Positions 63,847-64,000 of a stretch of 64,000 nt of DNA are shown one piece after another. Position 1 is the stretch's first letter. The number at the start of each line of letters is the position of its first letter. The stretch comes from Eubacteriales bacterium (lineage in GTDB: Bacteria; Bacillota; Clostridia; Oscillospirales; CAG-382): the NCBI GenBank assembly GCA_045542335.1, contig JAZQKV010000017.1, forward strand, positions 12,169 through 76,168, in the 5' to 3' direction. A program made the translations under genes and the position numbers. Under the pieces are notes generated by a model. It was not told the DNA's origin. It searched no databases and saw nothing but the letters and a program-made list of their open reading frames with translations.

Positions 63847-64000
63847 ATGGCAAGACGTAATCAAAAAGAAAAAGTATCTGCAATAATCCTTTGGATAATT
63901 GCAATAATCCTTGCTGTTGCAACAGTATTCGTAGTTTATTCTTACAGCGTGTCGAAATCCGACATTATCGCAGACGAAAGTTTCGCAGAAGGTCTCAGCG
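63847..64000 (+). CDS. N-terminal fragment of a membrane-anchored protein, function unknown
   Basis: An ATG behind a GGAGGA RBS gives MARRNQKEKVSAIILWIIAIILAVATVFVVYSY... (a basic N-terminus plus one TM segment). The ORF runs off the window. Confidence 0.4.
   Translation, partial: MARRNQKEKVSAIILWIIAIILAVATVFVVYSYSVSKSDIIADESFAEGLS

Overview
This looks like a chromosomal segment from a Gram-positive, Clostridia-like bacterium. That is an inference from SLH wall-anchoring repeats, a glgD-containing glycogen operon, near-consensus TTGACA-N17-TATAAT promoters and strong AGGAGG-type RBSs. Most of the window is housekeeping: proS, metK, mfd, ybaB-recR, pfkA, glgB-glgC-glgD-glgA-glgP, sbcD-sbcC, azlCD, a coaW plus ECF S-component pair, one tRNA-Lys, radical SAM proteins (YgiQ, PflX-like), a PrsA-like PPIase, an SDR, a HAD hydrolase and a phosphoglucomutase. 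I saw no rRNA, CRISPR array, transposase, integrase or phage genes. The unusual content is an expansion of one uncharacterised right-handed beta-helix module into seven paralogous genes in two loci. Locus A (18460-29806) has two giant SLH-anchored multidomain proteins plus one leaderless stand-alone copy, followed by an unknown secreted protein. Locus B (40360-47379) is a tight four-gene operon of three leaderless copies plus a lipoprotein copy fused to a Ser-Asp-His esterase, and it sits just downstream of an IclR regulator. Secondary oddities are listed here.
- A 38-bp tandem repeat with a GC-rich palindromic core (8869-9006) has a related hairpin cluster in the glgA-glgP spacer.
- An identical 29-bp promoter/operator block is duplicated in front of two adjacent small genes next to tRNA-Lys.
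- A perfect consensus promoter drives a 21-codon ORF plus hairpin upstream of mfd.
All coordinates and motifs were read by eye from the sequence and the ORF track, and no database search was possible.
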